Below are positions 61,791-64,000 of a DNA stretch of 64,000 nt, piece after piece. The position numbers and the translations under genes are program-made. This DNA is from Mustelus asterias (lineage: Eukaryota): positions 41,354,001-41,418,000 of the forward strand of contig NC_135803.1 of NCBI RefSeq assembly GCF_964213995.1, in the 5' to 3' direction. The first letter of the stretch is position 1; every line of letters starts with the position of its first letter. The notes under the pieces are model-generated. The model did not search any database. It was given only the letters and a program-made list of their open reading frames with translations, and was not told the origin of the DNA.

Positions 61791-63758
61791 GTCCCACTAA
61801 AAAGCATCTGTGTTACATCAGTGGAGCAAAAAGGCACTAAAGTATTAATGAAGATACTGGATGGGATTTTCCGTCCCGTCCCAGCGACAGGATCTTCGAG
61901 TCCCGCCAAAGGCAATCCCCTCCCTCCCCACCCCTGCCGTGGGTTCCCTGGCAGCTCGGACAATGAGCAAAGCAAATGGCCACTGACTCTGGCGGGATCA
62001 GAAGATTCATGCTTTGCCACCTATATTGAACAAATGGCACGACCAAACTTCCACCACTAGATGGAGCCCAGGACTTAGTGAGCATTCAGAAGGGAAACCA
62101 GGAGCAGAGCCAGCAGCTGAGAGCAGATCCCGAGGACTAAGGTAAGAGCAGAGGCCAGGAGGTGAGGATGGGAGTCAGTGGGGTCAAGAGACAAGAGGGA
62201 GGAGAGGGCGAGTTAGCAATGCCAGGAGATGCAAAGCCCCAATAAGGAGGTAGAGGGATTAAGAGCAAAGGTGAAGGCACGGTGGCAAAAAGGGATATCT
62301 ATGGCAAATTACATTATGTGAAACTAGCAATGATAAACAGATGTATAACATTGTTTCACAGTAACTTCATTGCAGTGTTAATGCAAGTCTTATTTGTGAC
62401 TAATAAATAAACTTCACTTTACTTTTTACTTTGTTATTAAAGACGCTAAAGTGAAAGAAGGTTAAGTGAATTGACATTAGCAAAGACCTACTGTATTTCA
62501 GTTGCATTAGTTACTTAATGTGAAATTATCTTTTCATTAGTTAACTAGCAACCAATAGATCAAACTAATGTTTGATCGAAGTTGATTTTGGTTTGTTTAT
62601 TACAGTAAAAGTCTTAAAAACTTGGAATCTTGTCCTTTGTTTCTCTACACCTTCACTGGAAAACTCATCTCTTTTTACAAGTTATCAGTCTTTACAGGAT
62701 TGTAACAATTTGCAAGCCTAAACAGGAGGTCAGATGGTTATTTGTGAAAAACCCAGGCAACAGTCAAACCCAAACATCTCTTTACAAATATACATGTAAA
62801 AGCATCCAAACACTGTGGTTTCAAGAGCAGCTCAGAGGCTGGGGATTCTGTGGAGGGTAACTCACCAAAGCCTGTCCACCATCTACAATGCACAAGTCAG
62901 GAGTGTAATGGAATACCCTCTACTTCCCTCAGTGCAGCTCCAACAACACTGAAGAAGCTTGGTACCTTCCAGGGCAAAGCAGCCAACTTGATTGGCACCC
63001 CAACCACCAGCTTAAACATTCATTCCCTTTAACCATCAGCATACAGTGTCAGCAGTGTGTTCCATGTACAAGGTGCAATGCAGCAACCCACCAAACCTGC
63101 TTTGACTGCACAGTCCACATTTGTGACCTCTACCACTTAAAAAGGACAAGGGCAGCAAACACATGGTAACACCACACTCTGCAAATCCCCCTCATCACCA
63201 CCCATCCTGATTTTGAACTATGTTCTGTTGCTTCACTGTCACTGGGCCAAAAATCTGGAACTCCCTTCTGGACAACACTGTGGTGTGCCTACTCTAGATG
63301 GACTGCAGCGGTTGAAGACGCCAGTTCAACACTGCCTTCTCAAGGGCAACTAGGAATTGGCAACAAATGCTAGCCTTGCCAGCAATGCTCACATCCCAGG
63401 AACAAATGAAAACAACTTCCCAGCAGACAGCACTGCACATAACACAGTAGAAGGAATGAGTTACCTAATTCAACACAAGTCATTGATGGAAGCAGAGATC
63501 TTCATGGTCGACGTGGCTAAATATCACACAACTTCCATTTACTGACCGAGCCATCTACTTAAAACAGATGCTTACACATGAATAGGAACTGAAACTTTAA
63601 CAAATCGCCATTTTTTATGAAAGACTTTGTTTGAAAAGATTACTGAATATTTAACAGTTTAGCCACATAAGTAATCTCAGATTACACATTGATAGAAGGG
63701 GTGACACCATTTGTGTTCAATGGTTTGCTGTGAAAATACGATGGGAATTCAGACTTAC

Positions 63759-63928
63759 AGTTGCTTTCAATGCGTGGATGGTCTGGTTCCTGGGAAATCC
63801 CATTGATGTAATGATGGCAACAATCTCTTCTGGTGGCTGGTTTTCCACTGAAGAAGCCCCTCCAGCTAGGCCCACCTCATTATGGCTAACTTCATTATAT
63901 CCTGATAGTGATAGTGGTTCAGCAAAAT
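63759..63928 (-). CDS. USP13: USP13 exon (D)FAEPLSLSGY...[29 protein letters not shown] (UBA2)
   Basis: ttcccccattag acceptor, act|gtaagt donor, 170 nt; matches human [28 protein letters not shown]; UBA MGF motif. Confidence 0.95.
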
Positions 63929-64000
63929 CTAATGGGGGAACAAGAAAGTTTCATTGGTGATTTTAAGTATAGAACAAAGAACAAAGAAAAGTGCAGCACA

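Noticed and set aside
1-64000. CRISPR array or prokaryotic operon/defence system
   Set aside because: Spliced vertebrate genes and vertebrate repeats throughout; no regularly spaced repeats or operons seen.

Overview
Vertebrate genomic DNA, almost certainly a shark/cartilaginous fish (HE1-type V-SINEs, HER1/CR1 LINEs). It holds the 3' halves of two convergent genes. PEX5L/TRIP8b is on the + strand: 9 coding exons from 2864 to the stop at 41226, encoding the HCN-channel-binding core and TPR domain. USP13 is on the - strand: last 4 coding exons from 63928 to the stop at 55734, encoding UBA2 and the His box. This is the same tail-to-tail arrangement as human 3q26. Introns are packed with CR1 LINEs, V-SINEs with two different tails, a DeuSINE, GC-rich TIR elements with 3-bp TSDs (PIF/Harbinger-like), and Penelope-like element (PLE) debris. 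Most notable: (i) three families of short PLE-derived fold-back elements carrying minimal hammerhead-ribozyme cores in both arms, two with tails and TSDs; (ii) two similar inverted CR1 copies flanking a frame-symmetric 522-nt three-exon block of PEX5L (circRNA/endless-ORF or skipping candidate); (iii) a candidate extra in-frame 78-nt PEX5L exon. Most ORFs in the supplied track are spurious or TE-derived. Gene and repeat identities come from recalled sequences, not database searches.
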